Both the position numbers and the translations under genes were made by a program. Shown piece by piece: positions 26,359 through 39,819 of a stretch of 64,000 nt of DNA; positions within the stretch are counted from its first letter, which is position 1, and every line of letters begins with the position of its first letter. A model generated the notes under the pieces. It saw only the letters and a program-made list of their open reading frames with translations. It did not search any database and was not told the DNA's origin. Source of the stretch: Octopus vulgaris (taxonomy: Eukaryota); assembly GCA_951406725.2 (NCBI GenBank), contig OX597817.1, positions 89,280,001-89,344,000 on the forward strand. Direction: 5' to 3'.

Positions 26359-26426
26359 ATCTTTATTGGGTACAGCTTACGCTTCGACTCATCAGTCTGG
26401 GTCTCATCAGGTACATCAATAAAGAT
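26359..26426 (-). ncRNA. Type I hammerhead ribozyme with long stem I; G15.1:C16.1 variant
   Basis: Reverse complement: AUCUUUAUUG-AU-GUAC-CUGAUGA-GACCCA-GACUGA-UGAGUC-GAAG-C-GUAA-G-CU-GUAC-C-CAAUAAAGAU. Confidence 0.7.
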
Positions 26427-26549
26427 GTGTCTCACTACAGATTTTTAATGTCGACTGCAGATGACAGCAAGTAGCCTAAACTGTGCCGGTGCTCTACTCA
26501 ACATTTAAACGCACTAATCGATTTATATTTATTTACTTTTTTACTATTT

Positions 26550-26930
26550 ACTCTTTTACTTGTTTCAGTCATTTGACTGTGGCCATGCTGGAGCACCGCC
26601 TTTAGTCGAGCAAACCGACCCCAGGACTTATTCTATCGGTCTCTTTTGCCGAACTGCTAAGTTACGGGGACGTAAACACACCAGCATCGGTTGTCAAGCG
26701 ATGTTGGGGAGACAAGCACAGACACAGAAACATATACACACACATACATATATACACACATATATACAACGGGCTTCTTTCAGTTTCCGTCTACGAAATC
26801 CATTCTCAAGGCTTTGGTCGGCCCGAGGCTATAGTAGAAGACACTTGCCCAAGGTGCCACGCAGTGGGACTGAACCCAGAACCATGTGGTTGGTAAGCAA
26901 GCTACTTACCACACAGCCACTCCTACGCCA
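26550..26930 (-). mobile_element. SINE family A
   Basis: Near full-length copy with boxes A/B and internal microsatellite. Confidence 0.9.
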
Positions 26931-26962
26931 TAATTTGTCCAAACTATATATACATACATACA

Positions 26963-27068
26963 TACGAGGGTGTATGAAAACCTTTGAGCCTTGAAGTCTT
27001 GTACCTTCATCAAAAGTCTTGTACCATGTTTTGTTTTGAGGCTCAAGACTTTTCATACACCCCTCGTA
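26963..27068. mobile_element. Mariner-derived MITE (about 106 bp)
   Basis: TIRs TAcgagggtgtatgaaaacctttgagcct / aggctcaagacttttcatacacccctcgTA with TA TSD. Confidence 0.85.
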
Positions 27069-27930
27069 TAGTATGATTCCTCCTAGCCACAAAGATTCTA
27101 AAATGCAAGTTAATAAAAGAGACTGCGTAATTCCTGTTCTTTTGTGATTCATATATCTATCTATACACACACACGCACACACATACACACAAATACCCAC
27201 ATATGTGCGCGCGTGTTTGTGAGTATGATTGTATGTGCATGTGCGAGCCTGCGTGGAGGAGGGGTGTACAATGGCGTTTTTCACTTTCTTTGCCAATCAA
27301 AACTTTACAGACAAAGTATTGGTCAGCCAAGACTTCTTGAGAAGACTTTTATCCATTAGAAGACAATTGCCCAGAGCACTGTGCTGTGCAGAGGGATCGA
27401 AACTGAACTAACATAAATGCAGAGCGAGTTTCTTATCTACCTAACCATAAATATGATCAAATATATGTAATACATTTCCGTTTATTTCTTAGTATTTCTC
27501 TCTGGCGGAGGTCTTTGCTTGGTTCCGTTACGTAAAGTCCAACTTTGTTTTAAGGCGCCCTTCTGTCAAATAAAGAAAGCATTGTGAATGTTGTCTCGCT
27601 GTTGTTTGTTTGTTTATGTTGGCAGCTGAGAAGTGACTGCCATCTTGGAAGGAAGAGATAACACTTCAGACACGCGCACAAACACACACACACACAAACA
27701 CACGCACACACACGTATATATACTCACACGTATATACACACACGTATACACATACACATTCATTCACTGACACACTCTGCATTCGCACATACGCACGCAC
27801 ATGCACGTCCTTACACAAACACTTGTACAATCACAACCACAGATACACACACACTTAAATACATACACGTACACACTCAAATATATTTGAACCAAGTAGG
27901 TTTCGATGCGAATGCACTCACTCCGCCATA

Positions 27931-27967
<37 letters not shown>

Positions 27968-28429
27968 GCACTCAAGCAACACATATACATACATTCACAT
28001 ACGGAAAGCAATAAAGGACATTTTGTATTCAGTAGACAATTGTAATGTTGTAATGGTTGCAGCATAATGGTGGCGAAGTGGTGAGGTGGTAGTGGTTTGT
28101 TTGGTGGTGGCGATGGTGAGATCATACTGTTATGGTGGTGGTCTGATGTGGCAGGCTTGGTGTAGCAGTGGTGTGAATGTGCTGTGGAAGTGTGGTGGTA
28201 GTGGTGCATTGATGGTGTAGAGCTAAGGCTGTGTGGTGGCAGAGGAGTGATGGTTGTGTTGGTTGTGGTGGTAGTGTGATGTAGTGGGTATCACGGGCTG
28301 GCATAGTGATGCTGTATTATTGGTGTGATGTTTTGATTTCGTGATATGAGGTATTAACTAGTAGCGGTGTATTACTCATCCTTCTTCATTCAAAAAGGTA
28401 TCAAATGGCCTCCTCAAGACATAGGTTCA

Positions 28430-28928
28430 TAAGGCTGGTTTCCCGGATTCTGTAGCATATATATATATATGTATTCTCCACTACTACCACGAACAGGATT
28501 CCGGTCCATCGCACTAGTACTCACTTTTACCGGTTGAGTAAGCTGGAACAATGAGAAATGAAGTGTTTTGCCTATGAATACCACGCATCACCTAGTCCAG
28601 GAATCGAAACTGCAATATTAGTTTGAAATTTTAGCCCAAAGCTAGCAATTTCAAGGGAGGCTTAAGTCGATTACATCGATCCCATTGATCTGCTGGAGAT
28701 TATTTTATCGATCCCAGTGCTCTACTGGTACTTATTTTATCGATCCTGAAACGATGAAAGACAAAATCAACTTCGGCGGAATTTGAACTCAGAACATAAA
28801 AACAGGCAAAATTCCGCTAAGAACTTTGCCCGGCGTGCTAACGTTTCTGCCAGCTCGTCGCCTTAATCGAAGCTACAATCTTACGATCATGAGTGCAACA
28901 CCCTTATCCACTAAACTACGTGCCTCCG
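28430..28928 (-). mobile_element. SINE family C interrupted by SINE family B (28617-28864)
   Basis: Family C head at 28865-28928 continues leftwards from 28616; 15-bp TSD aatcgaaactgcaat / aatcgaagctacaat. Confidence 0.8.
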
Positions 28929-28969
28929 CCATCTAATACTAAAATAGTACAATATTGTGCCTTGTTAGT

Positions 28970-29459
28970 TGGTAGTTAGATCAATTATCCGGTGTGCTCG
29001 ATCTCTGGATTTCCTGTTTTCTGGAGACAGTCTAAACGTATACTTAAAATATACAATAAAAGAAAGAAAGAAATTAAATTGTATTCAACAGATTCAAATT
29101 AACACACATCTAAAACAGGATGTGTTTGATATCTAATAATCCACTTAAAATACTAAAAATATATCATACATGTTTAGAGGAAGACAATTGAACAAAGTAA
29201 AGAACATGATTTTATTTAAGAGGTGCTCGTAAATATTAATACACTTCTAAAGCAGTGTATGTTTAATCTTTATCAATCCACTTGAATAAAGTGAAGAACG
29301 AAACTGCTTTTAACACACTGTATTCGAATTAACAAACTTCAAAACCAAGCTCTATGTACTCAATACAAGATGCAGTATATTGCATGATATTGCACAGTAT
29401 TCCCAGATTTCTGCAAATTTCGGATTTCTGGAAGCCGGATAAGAGGTCCGACGCTGTAT
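28970..29459. mobile_element. pogo/Tigger-like non-autonomous DNA transposon remnant
   Basis: Inverted ttatccgg / ccggataa terminal motifs and a ctgTA end. Confidence 0.45.
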
Positions 29460-29879
29460 TACTATGCATTGTTGTGGTTGTTTAATCTTAGATCTATCTG
29501 GATTGAGTACAATTATGATGAAATTCATGCATTCCAGCTGTGACCATCCCGACGTTTAGGAATATTTAAGACTATATTATCTAATTTGTCTTTTTACTAG
29601 GCTCGAACGGTAAAGTGCGATTTGATGGCGATCTCGCTGCTGTTTATACCTCTTTGAGCAGTTTATGAAGTATGGAGGATAGATACGGGGTTTATGGGGT
29701 AGACAGAGGGGAGACAGGAATTGGTTATTTTGCGTGGAGCCGTGGAGCCGTGGAGAACAGAGAGAAAGAGGGGAGATGCTTGGGTGTTATTTTATACAAG
29801 GGCAACAGTGTGGTTTTTTATCCAGTCGGGTGGTACAGATATGCTGCTCTAAACTAATACTGTAAGACCTTTGTTGACT

Positions 29880-30410
29880 AAGTAGTGGTGGTGGTTGTGA
29901 TAGTGGTGGTGGTGGTAGTGGTGGTGGCAGTGATAGTCATAGTGGCAGTAGTTGATATTGGTGGTTGTTGTTGATGGCGGTTGTGGTGGTGACGGTGGTG
30001 TTGGTAGTGGTAGATGCAGTGATTGCGGTGGTAGAGTTGGTTGTTGTTGCTGGTGGTCGTGATGGTGGCGGTGGTGGTTGTAGTGGTGTCGGTGGTTGTG
30101 GTGTTGGCGACGATAGTTGAGGTGGTAGAGGTGGTTGCTGTTGCTGGTGATGGTTTTGGTGGTGGTGGGCATGATAGTGTCGGTGGTGGTTGTTGTTGAT
30201 GGTGGTTGTGATAAATGTGGTGGCATTGGTGGTAGTAGTCATGGTTATGGTAGCGGTGGTGGTTGTGGTGGTGGTGATTGTTGTGGTGGCGGTGGCGGTT
30301 GTAGTGGTGGTGGTAGTTGAGATGGCGGCGGTGATTGTGGTGGTATCGATGATTCTAGTGATGGTGATGGATAGTGGTTTGATGATAGCTGTAGGAGCGG
30401 TGTAGATGGT
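29880..30410. repeat. Degenerate (GGT)n/(GTT)n trinucleotide tract
   Basis: Seen directly; similar tracts at 28060-28330 and 37250-38080. Confidence 0.9.
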
Positions 30411-30547
30411 ACCTCACTGAAATAAATATACTTCTCTAAAACTCAAGAAACTAAAAAAAAAAAAATACTTAATACTTCTTGTATGGAATCGTTTAATGCA
30501 TGACTAATCGGTTAAATTTTCGGATTAAGGTAACCTTTGCGATGGTT

Positions 30548-30800
30548 CAGTGGTTCTTAATAATTTTTTTTACCTATGGAGCCCTTTGAACCCTATTTTA
30601 CTCGGGTGGACACTCTTAGTCATTTGGTGTTTTAAAACATCCTATTACATTTTTGTAATTAAATATTATTAGAAGCTGCATTAAAAAATTGTTAAAATAT
30701 TTTGTGTATTATAGAAATAATATAAAGTTAATGAGCATAAATTTTAGCAACAAAATCTTCCATGGATCCTCAAGTGTCCGATGAACATCAGACCACTACT
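30548..30800 (+). mobile_element. hAT (Charlie-like) non-autonomous element
   Basis: cagtggttcttaa...atggagccctttga...ggtggac, homologous to the 53209 element. Confidence 0.6.
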
Positions 30801-30961
30801 ATAAATAGGACAGTTAGCAGCCTCAAGCTAGCAAATGTAACCGGGTGGCGTGTACCATGCTTTCGCTAATTGTTTTAGGCGCCTATGTAGTTGCAAGCTG
30901 ACATAGACATACTTTCGGCCTTTCCTCCTTTGATCCAGTGAAAAATCCAGTACGTGACGCC

Positions 30962-30998
<37 letters not shown>

Positions 30999-31119
30999 GG
31001 AGAGGGATTGCTGCATCAGTAGGTGTATGCTTCGCATGAAGTATCGTTTTGTTAAGAGAAAAAGGAAACGAAGACGAGATTTTACTAATTAATATAATCA
31101 AAATATGTTCCATTTTATT

Positions 31120-31328
31120 GGTTTCAAAATTTGACACAAGGCCAGCAATTTCGGGGGTGGGGTGGATAATTCAATTACATCGACTCCCGTACTCAACTGG
31201 TACTTATTTTATCGGCCCCGAAAGATAAAGTCGACTCTGGTGGAATTTGAACTCAGAACTTAAAAACAGACGAAATATCGCTTAACATTTTGTCAAACGT
31301 GCTAACGATTCTGCCAGCTCGCCACCTT
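31120..31328 (-). mobile_element. SINE family B
   Basis: Family B body. Confidence 0.85.
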
Positions 31329-31954
31329 AATATGCTCCATTATAATCATTTGTTTTTTACTAAAATTTTCAGGATTCCTATTGCAAAAAAAAAAAGAAGA
31401 AAACAAAACAAAACAAAACAAAAGAAACAAAAACAAACTCTTTGTCTTTTGAGATTATAAAGTACTCAAATGCTTCGACTGCGGCTTTTCAGTTCTTGAA
31501 TCTTTTATTCTGCATTAACCATTTCAAGTATTTGAACAGACGGTTAATCCACTGGGGAGATGCCAGGTGCATACAAGGTATGCATTGTAAATTTCCATAA
31601 CCCATCTCTGTTAGTGAAGAGTGGTCCAAGAAGAGTTAGTATATGCCTGAGTGTGAATGTGTGTTTGTGTGTATGTTTGCATGTGTGTGTGTGCGCGTGA
31701 GAATGCGTGCGTGTATGCGCGTGTGCGTGCGTGAGTGAGTGTAGTCGAGCGTTATCGTGCCAGGAAGTTGGTCCATTTCGGTTAATCAGTCTTGGTTGTT
31801 TTGAGCTCAGTTTTTTTATGCGAATGGTCGGTGTCTTCTAGGATGAGTTTGCAGTAATTAATTCCACTTGCTACAAGAACGTACAGAGGATTGTGCTGTT
31901 TGAAGAATACCATTATAGTTACTGTAAACTTTTGCGGGTTACAGTTGTTGGTGT

Positions 31955-32175
31955 ACTCTTTTGCTCTTTTACTTGTTTCAGTCATTTGACTGTGACCATG
32001 CTGGAGCACCGCCTTTAGTCAAGCAAATCGACCCCAGGACTTATTCTTTGTAAGCCTAGTACTTATTCTATCGGTCTCTTTTGCCGAACCGCTAAGTTAC
32101 GGGGACGCAAACACACCAGCATCGGTTGTCAAGCGATGTTGAGGGGACAACCACACACACACACAGACACACGCA

Positions 32176-32233
<58 letters not shown>

Positions 32234-32403
32234 CATATATACGACGGGATTCTTTCAGCTTCAATCTACCAAATCCACTCACAAGGCTTTGGTCGGCCCG
32301 AGGCTATAGTAGAAGACACTTGTCCAAGGTGCCAGGCAGTGGGACTGAACCCGGAACCATGTGGTTGGTAAGCAAGCTACATACCACACAGCCACTCCTA
32401 CGC
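31955..32403 (-). mobile_element. SINE family A, full length
   Basis: Close match to the 57694-58072 copy. Confidence 0.92.
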
Positions 32404-32853
32404 TTTCGAAAATGTTTTGGAGATTCGGCTGCATCTTATTCCTTAGAGATCGTTACTTAGAGTCTGACAATATCCATCTCTCGTTATCGCATTATTAGTA
32501 GATGCGATGTAAAAGCAATAAAAAGAACTCATACAAGATTAGGGTTGGCAGGTGAGGGCTAACAAAGGAATACTCACAAAGATCGAAAATAAGCAGTTAT
32601 TCGTGTCCACTAAAAAACATTTGGCAGTACGGGGAAAAGGAAGCTTTATCCCAAGTTGGATTCGCCATAGTACTTTTTTATTGTCTATGACTGAACTTAT
32701 CTTTATTATTCAAAGTTGCACACAGGGAGACTGAACCCGGAACCATGTGGTTGAGAAGTCAATTTCCTACTTCGTCACAGGTGCACAGATTGCTGATTGA
32801 TGCAAACCATGTTAAATGTCAAATAAATTTTCTTCTTTCCTTTTGCATTTCAG

Positions 32854-32971
32854 CTTTGGCTGCATTATGTCCTAATTTCAATTCGCATAAATAAACAAGT
32901 TGTGCTTGCTCAACTGTCCCTATATTATCAAGGGACACAAAATTCCATGCTTATAAGACAAACACCACCTG
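32854..32971 (+). other. Candidate internal exon (118 nt)
   Basis: Long polypyrimidine tract and tttcag acceptor; ctg|gtaagt donor; single open frame LWLHYVLISIRINKQVVLAQLSLYYQGTQNSMLIRQTPP(G). Confidence 0.45.
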
Positions 32972-33338
32972 GTAAGTGAAATCAAAAGAATACAAAAGAA
33001 TATTCGAGTAGTACCGAATGGATTAAGCTACAAGCTACTTAATCGAGTGTGTAAAAACATAAATTATCGAGAAACGACATTTCATGTGGTAGGCCCTAAA
33101 ACATAGATCCAACAACAGTTGACGAGGACAATAGAAAAGAAAATATCTTCATGTCTCGCGAGGTAAATAGTGGTAGATATGCATATTTTCGCTACGAGGT
33201 ATATTTAGGGGAATTCTTACCAGTTGTTTAATTCACATCTGCATAAAGTCATAGCACCGTCTGTCTGTTGAATTGTACAATCTCAGTGATGAAATATCTC
33301 TCTTAGATGAACTAAAGTTGTTCTAAGTTCATGTGTGT

Positions 33339-33420
<82 letters not shown>

Positions 33421-34544
33421 CAACACACACACACACACACATATTATATACACACATATATATATGTTGTGTGTGTGTGTGTGTGTGAGCGTGCGCACGC
33501 ATGCACGCGCGCGCGCGGACAGAGTTGTGTTCCTGTATATCAGGTAATATCTGGATATCTAGGTTCCTTCGACGCTCAATGCGGCACGCTTTTCTTTCCC
33601 CTCTACCATCCATGCAGCCTCACACAAACCATGACACTAATCACGCAGCAACTACTTAGTTTCTTGCTGAGAATTTGTCCTTTGATCTCAACTTTGACCT
33701 TTCTCACAGGTGTCTCTACGATAAAGTATTGTTGGCTTTACTCTGAGGTTCACTAATCATTATTCTTGCTCTCCTTTCAATGTCCAGTTTCATTCCAATA
33801 TGGCGATATAACTATGAAACCCCATGACATTCCAGGTCTACTAGAGTTACTCTACACCATAGTTTCCCAAAGTGGGTGATTTCAACTTACAATGGACGAA
33901 TTTCTAGAAAATGATGAGCAATTTGAGATTTTGGTGGGCGATAAGAACATTTTGTGGGTGACAATACATTTTTAGAAACTAAGTCTGCATTTACTGATAT
34001 CTAGGCATGCCTAGAATAAGAATGCACGTTTATCGATTTGACTAGTATTGTATTGAAAAAGCGGGCTTGTTTATCGATCGAATATCTTTGTCGCAGTCAT
34101 TGAGATGGTTGTCACGCGTGCTAAAAATATCAACCAAATAAGCCTAGGCCTTAAATCATGCTCCACTACAATTTTTTTTGCATAATCGCATGAAGCCCCA
34201 CGTATAGAATTCAAAATCGCCAACAATTTCTAAAAACTTCGAAAAATAAAAAAAGTTATGAGGAGTTATATGTCATGCGTAATTCTTCGGTTTCATATCA
34301 AAAGACAAGTGCTATTTTTAGGATATTGAAATGTGCAGTCAGGCACAAATGACAGCTTTGAAATAGTGTTTCTTGACTGGGTGAAAATGGTCAAACTTTA
34401 AACTTCTATAACTTTTTAAAAACTCAATCTAATCTTACGCTGATTAAAAATTTTGTAATATCTCTAGTTTCTTGGAAAATATTTTTGAATTGCTATACTA
34501 AACAATTTGAGAACATTGTAATTGACCTGTTTACCAAATGGAAC

Positions 34545-36360
34545 GATTAACCATAAAGTATTCTTCGCGTTAAGATAATAATTTTGATGTTTATACCTGT
34601 TTTTCGAAGGAGTAAGTATTCTCTGATTTCGATCCATTCTATAGTTAGCGTTTATTTTACTTTTATTTTTATCTTAAAATCTTTAAACCCATTTTATATT
34701 AAAAGTATTTGAGAGTTTATTAGAGAGTTTATTACATCCTCATTTCCATTAGCAGTACGAATTTTTTAAACCCGGTTACCAACAAACTCGCGATTTTTCC
34801 TTTTGTTATAAATATAATTGTTCACGTTTCTATTCTTATTATTAAAATCACCTACTCTTGTTGTTTTATCAACATGAATATTTGATTTTAGATTATAGTA
34901 CTATCAAAATTACTATTTAAATCTGATTCGATATTTGACTTAGTAAACTTAATTTTATCATTATACCCCGTCTTTCCTAAGTGTCAAGTTATAGTAGTCT
35001 TCATTGACCTTGAAAATATTCTCATTGGCTGACAATTTGCTTATTCTAGACGAAATGGTCTTTATAAGTGAGTTTGTTACTGATTTGGGATGATTACTTC
35101 CAATATTTATATATTTTGTTTTCAATAGGTTTATGAAAGGGTTTATAAATTCCTTTTTTAATCTCCAACATAACATCTAAGTTAACAGAGTCATGTTCAT
35201 CTTCTATCGCTATAGATAGACCTATCTTTTTAAAGAACAAAAACAATTTCTTTTTATATTTTTCCAACATTCTACTACATATGTTTACAATTGTAAAAAG
35301 CACATCATCCCTATATAAACCTCTTGCTATTTCAAAGAATTCTCTATTTAGAGAAAGCAATATATAAATTCCTAATGAATCAGTAACTTGTACCGAATCC
35401 GTAGAACCCATAGTAATTTCAAACATACTCGGTCTATGCTTCCTAATTTAATAATTATTCTCAAATTTAATGATAGATTCCCTAGCTGCCAAAATAATAT
35501 CCATTTCATCTCTAGTTATTTCTGAACTTTTCTTTGCAAGCATCAGCGCCTTATCAAGTAGCATTGGGTTTATCGAAGCATAGTAGAAATATCTATCCAC
35601 ATGAATTTAGTTTTATCCTTATTGTGTATTTGTGTAAACCAGTTAATCACTTCATTTTAATTGGACCAAAGATTTAGCATAATTATATCCCTAAATTTCG
35701 ATATATATTTATCTAATATGAATTTACTAATTGTATCAAAATCAGATTTAGAAGGACATATAAATCTAACTGTTGGATTAGAATCAAAGTTAGGTTTATG
35801 GTTCCTAAAAATAATTCTTGGTACCTTAAGTTCATAAGGTTCTGTTTTATCCTCCAAATTATACCTTAACGTAGTTTGTTTTGCTTGACGGTTTAGTTGT
35901 TTCATGTTTTTGGAATCCGTAATCTTATAGTTTTAATTATCTCTTTCTTTAGAAGCAAGTGGTACATTGAATAGTTTAAATGGTAAAAGTTACCCGTTTT
36001 ATCGGCATGAACCAGAATTCCATCTTTTTCAAAAGTTCTATAGTTAAAGTATGCAGTTCTTGAAAGTATTTGTTCTTCCTAAGAGGGAATTTATGAAATT
36101 TTTCATTTTTAACAATTCTCCAGAGTTCATCTTCGAAAGGGGCCAGATGTTAGTTAGGTGGTGGATATCGTCTTAAGATTTTACTGTATACAATCATCAA
36201 TTACCGTATTTTTAAGATCTTTATTATCATGAAAGTAGGCTTTCCATCTCATACGGAGTATAAAATAATTTATCTTATATATGAGGTCTTCAATATATTC
36301 TTTAGTTAGTGGCAGTGGAAAGTCTTTCAGGGTTGCTTCAATGCTTCTTCATAATCATAA
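34545..36360 (-). mobile_element. Decayed AT-rich Penelope-like element RT (resembles Hydra clade)
   Basis: RNHKPNFDSNPTVRFICPSKS, FEITMGSTDSVQVTD..GIYIL, GLYRDD, YKPFHKP, YINIGSNHP, ISSRISKLS, IWLIVPF. Confidence 0.88.
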
Positions 36361-36694
36361 AACGTTTAGTTAGCTCGTTGATTAACAATAATAATTATAT
36401 TAGTAAAAAGTAAGGGATCACCCCAAAACGATTACCAGTTTGCTCTTAGGTATTCAAAATATGTTATTCAACAGTTAACATATAAATTCAATAAAATTCT
36501 TATAAGATAAGAGATTAGATAAATATTCTATTGTATAATTCTGAATATATTTCCATAACCATATAGGTTTCCCGGAGGATAAATATTGACAATGTTAAAA
36601 ATAAGGATTACTCCTAAGTAGCAATAGCATTACCTTTAATTCTATAATTCTATACTGTCTTTTAAGACCAACACATGTTTCAGTTGCACAACCC

Positions 36695-36755
<61 letters not shown>

Positions 36756-38112
36756 CATTACTTCCAGGCAGTTAGCCAGTCTTTTTCTTTAAAGGCATGT
36801 CAACTTCAGAGAAATCTTGAATCTTGAGATTATCTCCCTTTTTCAAGTAGAACTGGTCTTAATTGATATGCCGATTATAATACACCCTTGTGAGAGGTAA
36901 ATAATTTTGAAAAATTGAGAATATTTATTGTACTGTATTTGATATATCTATCTGTCAATGTCATTCGAATACATGCTATTGGACAATCTGAGTTATTCCC
37001 GTAAGCTCATTTTATATTTAAGTTTAAATTATAGATACACACACACACATACAAACACGCACACACATACACACATACACACACACACATACACACACAT
37101 ACACACACATACACACACACACACAAACACATACACGTGTGTGCGTGTGGTAGAATGTATGCAGAAGAAAACAGTTGACACGACTAATTAGAAAATCAAT
37201 GATGTGTAAAATCACTGAAACGAAGATTGATATTTCAGTGAGGCATATACAGATGGTACTCATGGTGACGGTAGTGATGGTTGTGGTTGTGGTTGTGGTG
37301 GCGATGATTGTGTGGCTGGTGATGATGATAGTAGTAGTAGTAGTTGCGGTAGAAGTAGTGGTGGTAGTAATAGTAATGATACTGGTGGTGGAGTGGTGTG
37401 CGTTGTACATATGTGTGTGACTAGTAGTAGTAGTGGTGGCAGTATCTGGTATGTGAGAGTGTGTGAGCAGGGGTTTGATAATGGTCGTGGTGGTGGATGT
37501 GATGGTAGTTGTAATGGTATTGTTGTGGTGCTTGTGTAAGCGGTGATACGGTTAGTGCTGGTAGTATTGTTGTCTAGAGTAGAGATGAGTGTGGTAATGT
37601 TGGTGGTGCTAGTGGTGGTGTCGGTGTCGGTGGTGGTGTCGATGGTAGAGGTGGAAGTGTTATTAATAGTATTGATGTTGGTGGCTGTGTGGTGAAGATG
37701 GACTGCACGAAATTGTTGCTTCGCTATAACAACTAATCTGGATATTCTTTGTACATGATCGGATTTCGATGCTGTTACTGGTGGTGGTGGTATTGCTGCT
37801 GCTGCTGGTGGTGATGCCGGCGGCAGTGCTGGTGGTAGTAGTGGTTATGGTGGTGGTGGTTGTGCTGATGCTAGTGATACTGGGTGTAGTGCTGGCTGTT
37901 GTGGTGCTGCTGATGTTGCTGCTGGTGATGCTGGCGGTAGTGCTGGTGGTAGCGAGGTGGTAGTGCTGGCTGTGGTGGTGGTGGTGGTGGTGGTGGTGCT
38001 GCAGCTGATAAGGATGATGGGAGTAACTGGGGTGGCGTTGGTGTTGATCACGATGATCATGATGATAATATTGACTGTGGTAGAAGTACTGTAGGAGATG
38101 ACGATATTGATA

Positions 38113-38325
38113 AAGGTGAGTTGGCAGAAACGTTAGTATGCCGGGTGAGATGCTTAGCGGTAGTTCGTCTGTCTTTACATTCTGAGTTCACATTCCGCCG
38201 ATGTCGACTTTGCCTTTCATCCTTTCAAGGTCGATAAATTAAGCACCAGTTGCGTACTGTGGTCGATCTAATCGACAGGCGCCCTCCCCCCAAATTTCGG
38301 GCGTTGTGCATAGAGTAGAAAAGAA
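38113..38325 (+). mobile_element. SINE family B, full length
   Basis: aaggtgagttggcagaaacgttag...gagttcacattcc...agagtagaaaagaat. Confidence 0.9.
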
Positions 38326-38699
38326 TGTAACAAGTTTGTTGTCGTCGTTGTTGTTGTTGATTATGATGATGGTGATGATGATGAAAACGCCAACAACGAT
38401 ACTGTTGATGATGATGATGATGATGATAATGATGATGATGATGATGATGATAATGATGATGATGATGATTTCTTGGGTACAAAACTATAGCATGTGTGTG
38501 TTAAATATTCGTGTGCTCCAGATGTATCCTTTCCACACATCTGTTGGAACAGTGAAGTTTGGGATGTAAGAGTTTGATGCTTATTATAGACATTTTTCTG
38601 TTTTAAAACACTGTATCTTGATTGGCTTACGTGAGGTGGACGAAAACTTTTGGATGAGCATTTTTGGTGGTCGTCTCGCATCTTCCCCTTTCATTCAGG

Positions 38700-39070
38700 A
38701 CCGACCCATCCATCCATCAACCAATCCATCCACCCATCCAACCAATTACCACCCATCAATCCATCCATCTACCAATCCATCCATCCCTCCATCCACCCAT
38801 CCAATCAATCACCATCCATCCAACCATCCATCCATGCATTCACCAGTCCTTCCATCCACCAATCCATCCATCCATCCATCCATCCCAAAATCCACCCATC
38901 CAAAAATCCATCAACCAATCCATCCATCCATCCATCCATCCATCCATCCATCCATCCATCTATCCATCCATCCACCATCCATCCATCCATCCATCCATCC
39001 ATCCATCTACCCATCCATCTACCCATCCATCCATCCATCCATCCATCCATCCATCCATCCATCTCCACCC
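38700..39070. repeat. (CCAT)n tetranucleotide microsatellite
   Basis: Seen directly in the sequence. Confidence 0.97.
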
Positions 39071-39109
39071 ACTATTCCGGGAATGTTTGTCAGGGTTAAG
39101 TCCGTCTCC

Positions 39110-39490
39110 ATTAAGTCCTAACAGGAGCAACCGTTATTACACTTTCTGGCCGGATTCCCAAGTATGACCAACAGAGACTATGAATATTATCCAGCCATCT
39201 TCTTGGACTACCCCTTGGTCTCCTGCCGCTTGACTAGGCTTGAAGAATTCGTCTGGCGGTTCTTTCCTGCGATATTCTAAACATATGTTCAAATCATCGG
39301 ATCTGTGAGCCCTCAATGAGGAGATGTAACAGCTCGAGGTTGAGAAACGGCCTGATCTTCGAGCTAGGCACTCTGTTGAGTAATGTTACTGCCGAGCTCC
39401 TTCGCAGAGACCCCATTTCAATCTTTTGTATTCGCGATCGTACTCTTTCTGTCGAGAACCAACATTCGTGACTACAAGTGGCGATAAGCA
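39110..39490 (-). mobile_element. RTE/RTE-X LINE 3' fragment
   Basis: SHECW...RIQKIEMGSLRR..AVTLLNRV.SSKIR...IEGSQIR*FEHMFRI...GRRPRG.P.RWLD, typical of the post-RT region. Confidence 0.75.
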
Positions 39491-39516
39491 CAAAATTATA
39501 TTCTCACATACTAGCG

Positions 39517-39559
<43 letters not shown>

Positions 39560-39819
39560 ACACTCACACACCCTCACCACAAAACTTCCATTGACACTTC
39601 CACAACCAACACTCCGCCTTCGCCTTCACTACCATCACCACCATCACTACTAAAATTGCTATCATCTCCATCACCATCACCACTTGCCCCATGTCCATCC
39701 CCACTCCACCCCCACATCCACCCTTACATCCACATTCCTCCATCAAGCATTGACTACTGCCCACCTGAGTCAGCTTTGATCCACACACACTAACGTGATT
39801 TAATGATGTTACTTAACAA

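Noticed and set aside
26446-26507. ctgcaga...taaac motif resembling a second hammerhead
   Set aside because: Both core strands and stem II are mutated, so it cannot be separated from chance.
36668-36702. Minus-strand stem-GAAACAUGUG at the PLE 5' boundary
   Set aside because: The CUGANGA strand is absent (runs into the TA tract) and the triplet ends in G.
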